NCBI GenBank assembly: GCA_019662065.1
Contig: JAIFWC010000002.1
Span: forward strand, 9,298 to 33,297
From: Candidatus Saccharimonadota bacterium
GTDB taxonomy: Bacteria; Patescibacteriota; Saccharimonadia; Saccharimonadales; UBA10212
Length of the DNA: 24,000 nt
Reading direction: 5' to 3'
The notes beneath the pieces were generated by a model that ran no database searches, was not told the DNA's origin, and worked only from the letters and a program-made list of their open reading frames with translations. Both the position numbers and the translations under genes were made by a program. Of the stretch, positions 6,263-14,435 are shown piece by piece (position 1 is the first letter of the stretch; the number at the start of each line of letters is the position of its first letter).

Positions 6263-7402
6263 ATGACCGAAAATTTAGCCAAAACCGAAGCCAGCGTCGA
6301 GCTATCAGATGAGAAATCATCTGAGAACCTGGATTATTATCTGAATAAAATAGGTGCGGCTGATGTTATTGACCGGTTTTCGCCATACGATAAGCGTACT
6401 ATGGCTGTGCCTTTGATATTGCACCTCGAACCTTTGCCCGTTCCCCAGAAACCAAGTACTGAAAGGGATAGGATGGTAGCTTTTTTCGAAGGGCAGAATT
6501 GGCTGCCCAAACAGCGCCAAGAAGCCACCATAGCCAGCTTAACCGGCATAGATGAAACACTGAGACGCGCTAAAAAGACTAAAAAAGGCGATCCGCTCAG
6601 GGCCCAGAAGTCGTTTTTAGCCAGCATAAGAGGCTACGACCAAGAAGCTATAAAAGACGAGAAAATATTAAGCGCTGTCCGTATTCCCACTGAAGAGATG
6701 ACGATAATCCCTGATATCGATAGATTGCGGACTGACCGGGCGGCTTTGTACACTTTAGCCGACTATTTAATGGCCAGGGAGTTTCTGGACAAAGCTGAGT
6801 GGCCCAGCTCGAATAGCCACGCCTATAGAGACCGGCAAAGTTACTGGCGAGGATTTATGATTTTTGCCGGCCAACACGCGCCAGAGGAAGTTCTTAAGGA
6901 TGTATTCAACTATTACTTTGATAAGGCTCAGGAAAGACGTAATTTCTGGTCAGAGAAGTTTAAGAACGTTAATGGGAAAATTGGCCACTTGGCAGTTGAG
7001 GACGTGGCTATGACAGTGATACCTGAAAGGCCAGTTGAAGAGATAAGCTATAAAAGCGGCAACCGGCCAGATATCGATAGCTTTAATGAAATGCTTTCAG
7101 ACAAAGCGGTTGATGAACTAGCCACCGCGGCTGCTAAATACACCGATAAGACTGACCAAATCATGAGATATGTCCAAGACCAAGGCATGAGCCAGGCGCA
7201 GGCTGAGCTTAGGGTGCTGGGCCGGCGAGCCGAGTGGCATGAAGGGCACATTGTAGGGTTAAAGCCCATTGACGACAAACCAAGTCCAGAAGCTATAGAA
7301 AAAGCCAAGAAGCCCGCCAGTAATGCATCACTTAAACCTGGAGTACGTCGTTTGCCTGGTTATGATCAGGAGCGTGATCCTAGTAACCCGCAACCTTTCT
7401 AG
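6263..7402 (+). CDS. Hypothetical soluble protein (379 aa) with no recognisable domain
   Basis: A long ORF starting 2 nt after the ruvA stop, with no TM segment or signal peptide. I recognise no motifs in it. Confidence 0.6.
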   Translation: MTENLAKTEASVELSDEKSSENLDYYLNKIGAADVIDRFSPYDKRTMAVPLILHLEPLPVPQKPSTERDRMVAFFEGQNWLPKQRQEATIASLTGIDETLRRAKKTKKGDPLRAQKSFLASIRGYDQEAIKDEKILSAVRIPTEEMTIIPDIDRLRTDRAALYTLADYLMAREFLDKAEWPSSNSHAYRDRQSYWRGFMIFAGQHAPEEVLKDVFNYYFDKAQERRNFWSEKFKNVNGKIGHLAVEDVAMTVIPERPVEEISYKSGNRPDIDSFNEMLSDKAVDELATAAAKYTDKTDQIMRYVQDQGMSQAQAELRVLGRRAEWHEGHIVGLKPIDDKPSPEAIEKAKKPASNASLKPGVRRLPGYDQERDPSNPQPF

Positions 7403-7411
7403 TAATATATA

Positions 7412-8410
7412 GTGATGAGTTTTTTGGAGGAGTTGCCGAGGCCGTTTTTTGTGTTGGCGCCGATGGATGATGTGACGGATGTAGTATTTCGTCAGATTGT
7501 GGCTGAGTGCGCCAAGCCCGATATTTCATTTACGGAATTTGTAAATGTCGATGGCCTGCAAAGCCCGGGCCGAGAGAAGCTGCTACACAAGTTAAAGCTT
7601 TCTGAAAATGAAGGGCCGGTAATTGCCCAGTTGTGGGGACTAAAGCCCGAAAATTTTTATAAAACTGTAAAAGAGCTTGTGGATGGGACGCTTGTTGCGG
7701 AAGCGAATGCACTGCAAGGAAAAGACGAGAAGCGGAGCTTTGCAGGGGTGGATTTGAATATGGGCTGCCCAGTAAAAACAGTTATTAAAAACGGCGCCTG
7801 CGCGGCACTGATCAATAACAGGGAACTAGCCGGAGAAATTATAGATGCCGCCAAGCAAGCAGCAGGGGAAGACTTCCCTGTCAGTGTTAAGACTCGCGTA
7901 GGATTTACAACGATTGATATGAGCTGGATTGAGTTTTTATTATCTAAAAAAATACTTAACATGTTAAGTATTCATGGCCGCACAGCTAAAGAGCTGTCTA
8001 GCGTTCCGGCTAACTGGGACTTGGTTGGCCAAGCCCGGCAACTGCGTGATTCCCTGTCGCCCTCGACCTTAATTGTCGGCAATGGGGACGTAATGAGCCG
8101 CCAGCAGGGCGAAGAACTAGCCCAAAAGTATAAATTAGACGGCATCATGATTGGCCGCGGCATTTTTCATGACCCATTCGCTTTTGCCGAACATAGCCCC
8201 TGGGCGCGGTGGAGTGAGGCTCAAAAGCTAGAGCTTTTTAGAAGGCATATCGAACTTTATCTGGATACCTACAAAAAAAATGAGCGTCGTTTTGAAGCCC
8301 TGCGTAAGTTCTGCAAACTCTACATAAGTGGCTTTGACGATGCCTCAGAGCTACGAGCCAGATTTATGGAAACAAAAACCCCACAGCAAGTCCTGCAACT
8401 ACTGAACTAA
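7412..8410 (+). CDS. dus: tRNA-dihydrouridine synthase (Dus family)
   Basis: FVLAPMDDVTDVVFRQIV..., GVDLNMGCPVKTV (catalytic Cys) and SIHGRTAKE are Dus motifs. The start is either GTG 7412 or ATG 7415. Confidence 0.85.
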   Translation: MMSFLEELPRPFFVLAPMDDVTDVVFRQIVAECAKPDISFTEFVNVDGLQSPGREKLLHKLKLSENEGPVIAQLWGLKPENFYKTVKELVDGTLVAEANALQGKDEKRSFAGVDLNMGCPVKTVIKNGACAALINNRELAGEIIDAAKQAAGEDFPVSVKTRVGFTTIDMSWIEFLLSKKILNMLSIHGRTAKELSSVPANWDLVGQARQLRDSLSPSTLIVGNGDVMSRQQGEELAQKYKLDGIMIGRGIFHDPFAFAEHSPWARWSEAQKLELFRRHIELYLDTYKKNERRFEALRKFCKLYISGFDDASELRARFMETKTPQQVLQLLN

Positions 8411-8419
8411 AATGGGATC

Positions 8420-8977
8420 ATGGATAGGATAGGACAAGCATTCACTAAGTTTGACAGAGTCAACTTTATTCCAAATGAAGCCAAGCCAATGGCGCAAGTC
8501 GATGCGCCAGTGCCGATTGGCTATGGCCAAACCAATAGCCAGCCGACCACCGTTGAGATGATGCTGGAATGGCTGGATGTACAACCCGGAGATAAAGTGC
8601 TGGACGTTGGATCGGGTTCTGGCTGGACTACTGCCCTGTTATCTTATTTGGCTGGACCGAAAGGTGAAATTTATGCAGTTGAGCTGGTGCCAGAGCTGGT
8701 AGAGTTTGGGCGCGAAAATGCCGAGCGCGCCGGAGTTAAAAACGCCAAGTTTTATCAAGCTGGCGACCAGTTTGGCTTACCCGAGAGGGCACCATTTGAC
8801 CGGATCTTGGTCAGCGCCTCGGCCGACAAATTGCCTCAAGTGCTTATTGACCAGCTAAAACCTGGCGGCAAACTGGTTGTGCCGGTGCACAACGATATTT
8901 TGGAAGTCATCAAAGACACTAATGGCAAAACTCATACAAAAACCCATCCAGGCTTTGTTTTCGTGCCCTTAATTTAG
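8420..8977 (+). CDS. pcm: Protein-L-isoaspartate O-methyltransferase
   Basis: FDRVNFIP...VPIGYGQTNSQPTTVEMMLEWL...KVLDVGSGSGWTTALLSYL...GGKLVVPV matches the Pcm motif order. Confidence 0.85.
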   Translation: MDRIGQAFTKFDRVNFIPNEAKPMAQVDAPVPIGYGQTNSQPTTVEMMLEWLDVQPGDKVLDVGSGSGWTTALLSYLAGPKGEIYAVELVPELVEFGRENAERAGVKNAKFYQAGDQFGLPERAPFDRILVSASADKLPQVLIDQLKPGGKLVVPVHNDILEVIKDTNGKTHTKTHPGFVFVPLI

Positions 8978-9092
8978 GATTTACATCTGTTATAATTCGA
9001 CTGGTCAAAGAGAATTATATGCCGAGCCCGACTCGTTCCATCTTTGAAAAAACATAGAACGAGCCGGCGCGAAGCTATATACTGGGCTCTAC

Positions 9093-9168
9093 GGGGGCGT
9101 AGCTCAGTGGTTAGAGCAGTCGGCTCATAACCGATTGGTCCCTGGTTCGAACCCAGGCGCCCCCACCA
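9093..9168 (+). tRNA. tRNA with CAU anticodon, probably tRNA-Ile2 (lysidine-modified)
   Basis: Cloverleaf: GGGGGCG-TA-GCTC-AGTGGTTA-GAGC-A-GTCGG-CTCATAA-CCGAT-TGGTC-CCTGG-TTCGAAC-CCAGG-CGCCCCC-A-CCA. The D-loop, variable loop and anticodon arm resemble E. coli ileX as I remember it (AGUGGUUAGAGCAG..CUCAUAA..UUGGUC). The Ile2 versus Met assignment is an inference. Confidence 0.9.
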
Positions 9169-9173
9169 TTATT

Positions 9174-9635
9174 ATGTTTGATCAAATAAAAAACGCTCTG
9201 AGTAGCAAGCAGGCCCAACAACTAACCGATGTGCGCAATATCGGGCTGTATATTTTTGGAATTGTAGTATTGGCAATCGCTTGGAGCGGGGCTAGGACTG
9301 TCCAAAGCAACTATGAACTGCAGAAAAAAATCGCCACCCTAAAGCAGGAAAACACTGTTTTATGGCTGCAAAATCAGAACACTTACCTCCAAACTCAATA
9401 TTACAAAACCGACCAATACTTAGAACTATCGGCTCGCCAAAACCTGGGTTTAGCGGCGCCTGGCGAACAGGTTCTGTTAGTGCCCAAAGATGTTGCTAGC
9501 CGTTACGTGGACCCAAATCTTAACAAGACAAGCAGCGTTTCTGAAACAGCCGTGCCGGATAATCGCGCTGGTTATATTAAAAATCTCGAAGCTTGGCGTG
9601 ATTTCCTGTTAGGACGTAAGCTCACCAACGACTAA
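9174..9635 (+). CDS. Septum formation initiator (FtsB/DivIC-like) cell division protein
   Basis: I trimmed ORF 9135..9635 to ATG 9174 because the upstream part overlaps the tRNA. It has a short cytoplasmic tail, one TM (IGLYIFGIVVLAIAW), a coiled coil (YELQKKIATLKQENTVLWLQNQ) and YLELSARQNLGLAAPGEQV, as in DivIC/FtsB. Confidence 0.7.
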   Translation: MFDQIKNALSSKQAQQLTDVRNIGLYIFGIVVLAIAWSGARTVQSNYELQKKIATLKQENTVLWLQNQNTYLQTQYYKTDQYLELSARQNLGLAAPGEQVLLVPKDVASRYVDPNLNKTSSVSETAVPDNRAGYIKNLEAWRDFLLGRKLTND

Positions 9636-9864
9636 GCGGACTATAAAAACCGTTATTTGACATATTTACAACAAGCTTTTCAGGGGTGAGCTTGACTTAT
9701 ATTTTAGGGACTGTACGATTGTCCTTGTGTCTTTTGTTTGTGAGGATGGAGACACGACCGAAAAATCGAATTTCAAACTGTCAAAATCTAAATAAAAACG
9801 GACTTTGTTAAAGAAGCAAAGCCAGTTTTGGTATTGGCATTTTGAATTAATCTAAGGAGGATAA

Positions 9865-10458
<594 letters not shown>

Positions 10459-10492
10459 TCTCTAAATAACACTGAGTTTCGCACCTGTGCTG

Positions 10493-10519
10493 AGAGGCTT
10501 CCGGAAACCGGAAGCCTCT
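10493..10519 (+). terminator. Perfect 12-bp hairpin downstream of the Rpf gene (terminator or processing site; no U-tract)
   Basis: agaggcttccgg-aaa-ccggaagcctct. It is followed by gcggcg rather than a T-run. Confidence 0.4.
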
Positions 10520-10525
10520 GCGGCG

Positions 10526-10555
10526 TTGACAAAACACCTTACAACAGATTAGAAT
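10526..10555 (+). promoter_or_regulatory. Sigma70-like promoter for initiator tRNA
   Basis: TTGACA (10526-10531), 18-nt spacer, TAGAAT (10550-10555). It lies about 20 nt upstream of the tRNA 5' end. Confidence 0.6.
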
Positions 10556-10576
10556 ATCAAAGCTTCATTTAGATAT

Positions 10577-10651
10577 CGCGGGGTGGAGCAGCGGCAGCTC
10601 GCATGGCTCATAACCATGAGGTCGCAGGTTCGAGTCCTGCCCCCGCTACCA
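10577..10651 (+). tRNA. Initiator tRNA-fMet (CAU)
   Basis: CGCGGGG-TG-GAGC-AGCGGCA-GCTC-G-CATGG-CTCATAA-CCATG-AGGTC-GCAGG-TTCGAGT-CCTGC-CCCCGCT-A-CCA. It has a C1xU72 mismatch and an A11:U24 pair, and its 5' half is identical to the E. coli tRNA-fMet 5' end as I recall it. It has only two of the three usual G-C pairs at the base of the anticodon stem. Confidence 0.88.
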
Positions 10652-10667
10652 AGTTGAATAACAGATT

Positions 10668-10700
10668 GAGATTAGCAAACAAGCTAATCTCTTTTCTTTT
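10668..10700 (+). terminator. Intrinsic terminator after tRNA-fMet
   Basis: gagattagc-aaacaa-gctaatctc followed by ttttctttt. Confidence 0.8.
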
Positions 10701-10756
10701 ATTACCTCTGTAATCTAGGTTCCAGTCCTTCCTGGTCAGTTTGTTAGAATGTAAGT

Positions 10757-11002
10757 GTGACGAAGAAAGACAACCCAGCTGGCAGTAATCATAAAGTTCT
10801 AAAAAGATTATTGTTAGGATTCTTGTTTCTTGTACTCATATATATTTTCTTGGGTGAATATAAAGTTCTCTATGTAAACATTCATAATACAGACGCAGCA
10901 AAGTTAAATTTATATAACCCAAACGGAGATTTACTAATCGCAGCATTTAGCAGTGTTTTTATAGGTTTTGTTTTAGGCTACTGGTTCAAAAGTAAAAGAT
11001 AG
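10757..11002 (+). CDS. Small AT-rich two-TM membrane protein, hypothetical
   Basis: 81-aa ORF with a GTG start and two hydrophobic segments (LLLGFLFLVLIYIFL; LLIAAFSSVFIGFVLGYWF). It is followed by its own terminator. It is noticeably more AT-rich than its neighbours. Confidence 0.45.
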   Translation: MTKKDNPAGSNHKVLKRLLLGFLFLVLIYIFLGEYKVLYVNIHNTDAAKLNLYNPNGDLLIAAFSSVFIGFVLGYWFKSKR

Positions 11003-11073
11003 CCCTCTCCACCTACTCAGTTCTGGCAAGATAAGGTTCCAATTCGAATGTACAAGGGCTACCAAGAAAAATG

Positions 11074-11100
11074 CCTCATCGTAAGATGGGGTATTTTTCT
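11074..11100. terminator. Bidirectional intrinsic terminator
   Basis: cctcatc-gtaa-gatgggg followed by tatttttctt on the plus strand. An A-run (aaaaa, 11066-11070) precedes it, which gives a U-tract on the minus strand. Confidence 0.65.
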
Positions 11101-11158
11101 TGGTCATTGAGATGCAGGGCTCGGTTCTGCGACTAGCACAAGCTTCTGGCTTGGGCGT

Positions 11159-11246
11159 GGTCGCAGGTTCGGTCATCCAAGCCGGGCGCAGATGCTTGCA
11201 TCGAGCACGGCTGCAGATGTGCGCTGTCCTGCCCCCGCTACCAAGT
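11159..11246 (+). repeat. Partial duplicate of the tRNA-fMet 3' end (T-arm/acceptor), split by a 53-nt GC-rich insert
   Basis: ggtcgcaggttcg (11159-11171) equals 10620-10632, and gtcctgcccccgctaccaagt (11226-11246) equals 10634-10654. In this copy the single 'a' of the T-loop is replaced by 11172-11224. No matching 5' half of a tRNA lies upstream. Confidence 0.75.
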
Positions 11247-11333
11247 ATAAGCAGTTTAAATAGTTTTGTTTTATCCTCCGACTGGCGGACATCAAACGGT
11301 GATGATTTTCGGTCTCGTGAGGGCCATCGTGAG

Positions 11334-12056
11334 TTAGTCTTCGCCAACATTGGCTAATTTGGTCTTTTTATAATCATTTGGCATATCGGGCTGGTTCGAA
11401 GTTACATACTTTATGAATTCAGCCTTAGCCATTGATAAGGCAGAGTTCTTCTTTCTTTCCCGGCCAAGCGTAGAAATCATCTTGCCGGACATGCCTTTGC
11501 CGCAAGCAGAGCCCGCGAAATGCCCTGGGTAGACCTCGGTCCATTCAGGTAATCTAAGTAGCTTCTGAATTGAACCATAGAGTTTAGCAGCATTGGCCTC
11601 TACCACACCTTCCTCTAATCGGCCAAGGGCCAAATCAACACGTCCTACATCGCCGACAAACAGCGTATCGCCGGTTAGCAAGTACCAATCGTCGACATAA
11701 AGTGTTATCCCGTCAGATGTATGCCCAGGGGTAGAAATAACTTGAAAGTGTCTGTTACCAATATAAAATTTATTAGAGTCTACCAGTTTTTGGTCCACGC
11801 CATTTACTTCAGAATTTTTATGCATAAATAGCTTAGCGCCAGTGAGTTTGGCTAACTTGCGTGCACCGGACTGATGGTCAGCATGGGTATGGGTATCAAT
11901 CACAATATCTATTGAGAGCTTGTGCCGCTCGGCTGTTTTCATATAGAGTTCAATGTCGATTTGAGGGTCAATGACGGCAACGGTATTTTCAGTTGTACAG
12001 CCAACCATGTACGATAAACAGCTTTGCTCCTCATGAATATATTGCCGAAAAATCAC
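11334..12056 (-). CDS. MBL-fold metallo-hydrolase, persulfide-dioxygenase/glyoxalase II-like
   Basis: MIFRQY... N-terminus, metal motif IDTHTHADHQSG, plus PGHTSDG, GDTLFVGDVGRVDL and YPGHFAGSACGKGMS. This motif order is as in ETHE1/CstB-type MBL domains. The subfamily call is from memory. Confidence 0.75.
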   Translation of the reverse strand: MIFRQYIHEEQSCLSYMVGCTTENTVAVIDPQIDIELYMKTAERHKLSIDIVIDTHTHADHQSGARKLAKLTGAKLFMHKNSEVNGVDQKLVDSNKFYIGNRHFQVISTPGHTSDGITLYVDDWYLLTGDTLFVGDVGRVDLALGRLEEGVVEANAAKLYGSIQKLLRLPEWTEVYPGHFAGSACGKGMSGKMISTLGRERKKNSALSMAKAEFIKYVTSNQPDMPNDYKKTKLANVGED

Positions 12057-12062
12057 TATGTA

Positions 12063-12560
12063 CTACTCAGCTTTGACTTCAAGCGTTAGTGGTATAGCTT
12101 TACTCAGCGAGTCGCCAACTGGAGAAGAACGCTCGCAGCGTTCTCTCAAGTATTTAATTTGTTTAGGGGTGGCTTTCGGGGCTTTGAGATGAATTGTATA
12201 AGCTATGCTGTTGTAGCCTGCTCCTGAAGCCCCCTCGATACCATAATACGCCCGTGAGTTAAAGCGGCCTGATGCTTCTATCCATAACTCCTCGATATCT
12301 ACGCCTAACAGAGCAGCGTGGGTTGCTACCAAGTCAATGTCGCAAGCCGACAGACTGGCTAAAAGCGTTTGCATGGCATTCAAGTTGCCATCGCCACCAA
12401 TCTCTAAAAAAACGCCACCCAACTCGATTCTGGCTTTACTGCCGCCTAGCCACTTAGCCATAATTTTCGGTTCCCGTTCGGTTACAGCCGGATCCTTTTG
12501 GGCCTGTTCTTTTGTCTGTTTAATTTTAGCTACATCTACGCCATTTATTAAATCTGCCAC
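12063..12560 (-). CDS. OsmC/Ohr-family peroxiredoxin-like protein
   Basis: I trimmed ORF 12063..12626 to GTG 12560, which is preceded by AAGGAGG at 6-nt spacing. LLASLSACDIDLVATHAALLG...ERCERSSPVGDSL shows the two conserved Cys regions of OsmC. Confidence 0.75.
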   Translation of the reverse strand: MADLINGVDVAKIKQTKEQAQKDPAVTEREPKIMAKWLGGSKARIELGGVFLEIGGDGNLNAMQTLLASLSACDIDLVATHAALLGVDIEELWIEASGRFNSRAYYGIEGASGAGYNSIAYTIHLKAPKATPKQIKYLRERCERSSPVGDSLSKAIPLTLEVKAE

Positions 12561-12691
12561 GCTGCTCCTCCTTTGTGCTTCAAAATAAAAACTTCGCACT
12601 ATCATTATATGCTCTGCTTGGCTCAAGCTAGAGAAAATAGATGCTCCCTTGTAGTAACTAGTTCCACTGCGAGAGCACCAGCTCTACCACG

Positions 12692-12722
12692 AAAAAAGCC
12701 TCAGGAAGCTGGGGCTTTTTTC
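12692..12722. terminator. Bidirectional intrinsic terminator downstream of the LUD gene
   Basis: agcctcag-gaag-ctggggct (one mismatch), flanked by aaaaaa and tttttt. Confidence 0.7.
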
Positions 12723-12736
12723 GTTTGCTGAACTAG

Positions 12737-13390
12737 CTAGAAGCCGACTGGTTCTTTGACTAGAATTATTGTCACCCGGCCGGCGGGCTCTTGACGATAA
12801 ATTAACAGTTTGTTTAGGGACGAACCGGTGCCATAGGCAGCCTTGGCGCGCTCATCTTCTAAATGGAAGGTATAATCTTCAATCCGCTGGAGGCCTTCAG
12901 CCAAATCCTTAACGATTTTCTGGCTGCCTACCACCCAGATAACATTGCTAGCGCCGTAAGCATAGTTAGGCAATTGGCTACCGGAGGCCGAAGCCACTAC
13001 TACTTGGCCGTCTTGGGTCACAGCATGCACGCTGCCGACCGCATAATCAGCTCCAGAGCCAATTCGCTTCATTTCTACACTTTTGTCTGGCTGCCCATAC
13101 AATTCCATAAACTTGTTACGGACGGATACATATTTACCGGACTCGTTAAACTCTTTATCCAATCCGGACTTTTCTAAAGTCCTGGAAGTAGCTGTAAAAA
13201 CTTCTGATCCCGCCGGAATTAGGTTCTCGACTTCTTCTTTAGCATCTATTAAGTTATCGACGACCTTTACCTTAAAGCCGTGATTTTCTAAAGCTTTAGT
13301 AGCCTTTTGAATTTCACTGTAGGAAGTTGCCTGTGAGAACCTAGTGCTGTAAGTGGCGGCCCGGCCAACATTAGTTGTTATTTTGGACAT
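12737..13390 (-). CDS. LUD-domain protein (YkgG/LutC-like, DUF162)
   Basis: 217 aa. GSEVFTATSRTLEKSGL...IGSGADYAVGSVHAVTQDGQVVVASASGSQL...NVIWVVGSQKIV matches the LUD-domain pattern as I recall it. Confidence 0.7.
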   Translation of the reverse strand: MSKITTNVGRAATYSTRFSQATSYSEIQKATKALENHGFKVKVVDNLIDAKEEVENLIPAGSEVFTATSRTLEKSGLDKEFNESGKYVSVRNKFMELYGQPDKSVEMKRIGSGADYAVGSVHAVTQDGQVVVASASGSQLPNYAYGASNVIWVVGSQKIVKDLAEGLQRIEDYTFHLEDERAKAAYGTGSSLNKLLIYRQEPAGRVTIILVKEPVGF

Positions 13391-13405
13391 TTTTACCCTC
13401 TTTCT

Positions 13406-13444
13406 TGCTATAATTTGTATAGTATTAACATATCTATACTATAC
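13406..13444. promoter_or_regulatory. Divergent promoter region with an 8-bp inverted repeat (candidate HxlR operator)
   Basis: Extended -10 TGcTATAAT (13406-13414, plus strand). It is followed by the inverted repeat gtatagta (13417-13424) / tactatac (13437-13444) with a 12-nt spacer, between the divergent LUD and hxlR-family genes. Confidence 0.5.
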
Positions 13445-13458
13445 TAGGTAAAGTAACT

Positions 13459-13794
13459 ATGCAAGATATAGTAAAGGAAAATTTAGAGATTGAAAGCCGG
13501 CCCGGTTGCATCGCTGCTGCCTTGTATGTATTGGGCAATAAATGGACGGCCCTTATAGTAAATGAACTTTATGATCGCCCGGCCCGTTTTTCGGCCCTAG
13601 AGCACGCCCTGGTGGGAATTAGTCCCCGCACCTTGTCCCAACGGCTGGATGAGCTGGAAGAACAGAAATTTATAACTAAAAAAAGCTTTGCCGAAGTACC
13701 GCCCCGGGTTGAGTACACTCTGACGCAAAAGGGAAGAGACTTGATACCTATACTTAAGAGTATGGCCGATTGGGGCGACAAACACTCTAAATAA
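13459..13794 (+). CDS. HxlR-family (DUF24) winged-helix transcriptional regulator
   Basis: C-x...LGNKWTALIVNEL...RFSALEHALVGISPRTLSQRLDELEEQKFITKK...PPRVEYTLTQKGRDL is the canonical HxlR signature. It includes an N-terminal Cys. Confidence 0.9.
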   Translation: MQDIVKENLEIESRPGCIAAALYVLGNKWTALIVNELYDRPARFSALEHALVGISPRTLSQRLDELEEQKFITKKSFAEVPPRVEYTLTQKGRDLIPILKSMADWGDKHSK

Positions 13795-13820
13795 AAAACT
13801 CCCTTTTCAGGGAGTTTTCT
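13793..13820. terminator. Bidirectional intrinsic terminator between hxlR and the RRM gene
   Basis: aaaaaa-ctccct-tttc-agggag-ttttcttt. Confidence 0.8.
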
Positions 13821-13834
13821 TTACCGGTTAAAAA

Positions 13835-14107
13835 TTACCAGCGATTTTCGCGGGGGCGGTCCTCTTTAGGACGGGCCTCGGCGACCGAAATAGTGCGGCC
13901 ACCGACTTCTGAGCCGTTGAGCGCCTTTTCGGCGGCTTTGCCTTCTTCATCGTTCTCGAATTCGACAAAACCGAAACCTTTGCTGCGGCCACTCTCGCGG
14001 TCGCGAACGACGTTGGCTGAAGCGACTGTGCCATGGGCGGCAAACAGTTGGTTAAGCTCGTCGTCGGTGGTTGCAAAGGGCAGACCACCTACAAAAACTT
14101 TGTACAT
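13835..14107 (-). CDS. RRM-type RNA-binding protein
   Basis: RNP-2 is VFVGGL and RNP-1 is KGFGFVEF, with a short Arg/Glu-rich tail. The RBS AAGGA lies upstream. Confidence 0.9.
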   Translation of the reverse strand: MYKVFVGGLPFATTDDELNQLFAAHGTVASANVVRDRESGRSKGFGFVEFENDEEGKAAEKALNGSEVGGRTISVAEARPKEDRPRENRW

Positions 14108-14262
14108 GTATTAGTTCCTTATTAATTCTTACTAGGTACGACCCTTACTGGACTGGAATATCGAACTGGGCTTTTGGGCCGAACATTCTCACCAAGAACA
14201 GATAAGCTCCTAACATCGCCAAGTTAACCACTAATCGGCACGAAAAGCAATTTAAATAGAGG

Positions 14263-14290
14263 TTGACTTTTTAAAAGAATTGTGTATAAT
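14263..14290 (+). promoter_or_regulatory. Strong sigma70-like promoter for the 26-codon ORF/sRNA
   Basis: TTGACT (14263-14268), 16-nt spacer, TATAAT (14285-14290). Confidence 0.6.
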
Positions 14291-14330
14291 ATAATTTAGG
14301 TTTTAGCAAAAACAAAAAGGACAAAAATAA

Positions 14331-14411
14331 ATGCCACAGCTTGCATATATTCTATTGCCGACAGTTGATGAGCAGATTCTAGAACTCGATGAGGTTCTAG
14401 CCGAAGCTTAA
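14331..14411 (+). CDS. Candidate micro-protein (26 aa, acidic) or small RNA
   Basis: ATG preceded by AAGGA at about 10 nt. It encodes MPQLAYILLPTVDEQILELDEVLAEA. It is too short for the ORF track. A consensus-like promoter lies upstream and a terminator lies downstream. Confidence 0.35.
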   Translation: MPQLAYILLPTVDEQILELDEVLAEA

Positions 14412-14435
14412 AAAAGCTGGCAATAAAACCAAAAA

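Noticed and set aside
9135-9173. N-terminal extension of the FtsB-like ORF (TTG 9135) given by the ORF track.
   Set aside because: The extension is translated from the T-arm and acceptor stem of the tRNA at 9093-9168 (MVPGSNPGAPTII). It is not a plausible coding sequence.
9636-9864. c-di-AMP (ydaO-type) riboswitch in the long region upstream of the Rpf gene, as found upstream of actinobacterial rpfA.
   Set aside because: There are superficial pieces (CAGGGGUGAGC, ACGACCGAAAAAUCG). The strongly conserved blocks I remember (GGGGACCCA, GGGUGAAUCC, CCCGACAGCUAACCUCGUAAGCG) are absent, and no pseudo-two-fold architecture is apparent. An Infernal scan with the ydaO-yuaA Rfam model would settle it.
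11088-11246. An intact tRNA gene carrying an intron in its T-loop.
   Set aside because: The only candidate 5' acceptor strand (gatgggg, 11085-11091) is the 3' arm of a good intrinsic terminator. No D-arm exists. The best anticodon-like stem (about 11137-11157) leaves extra nucleotides on both sides. Only the 3' part of tRNA-fMet is duplicated.
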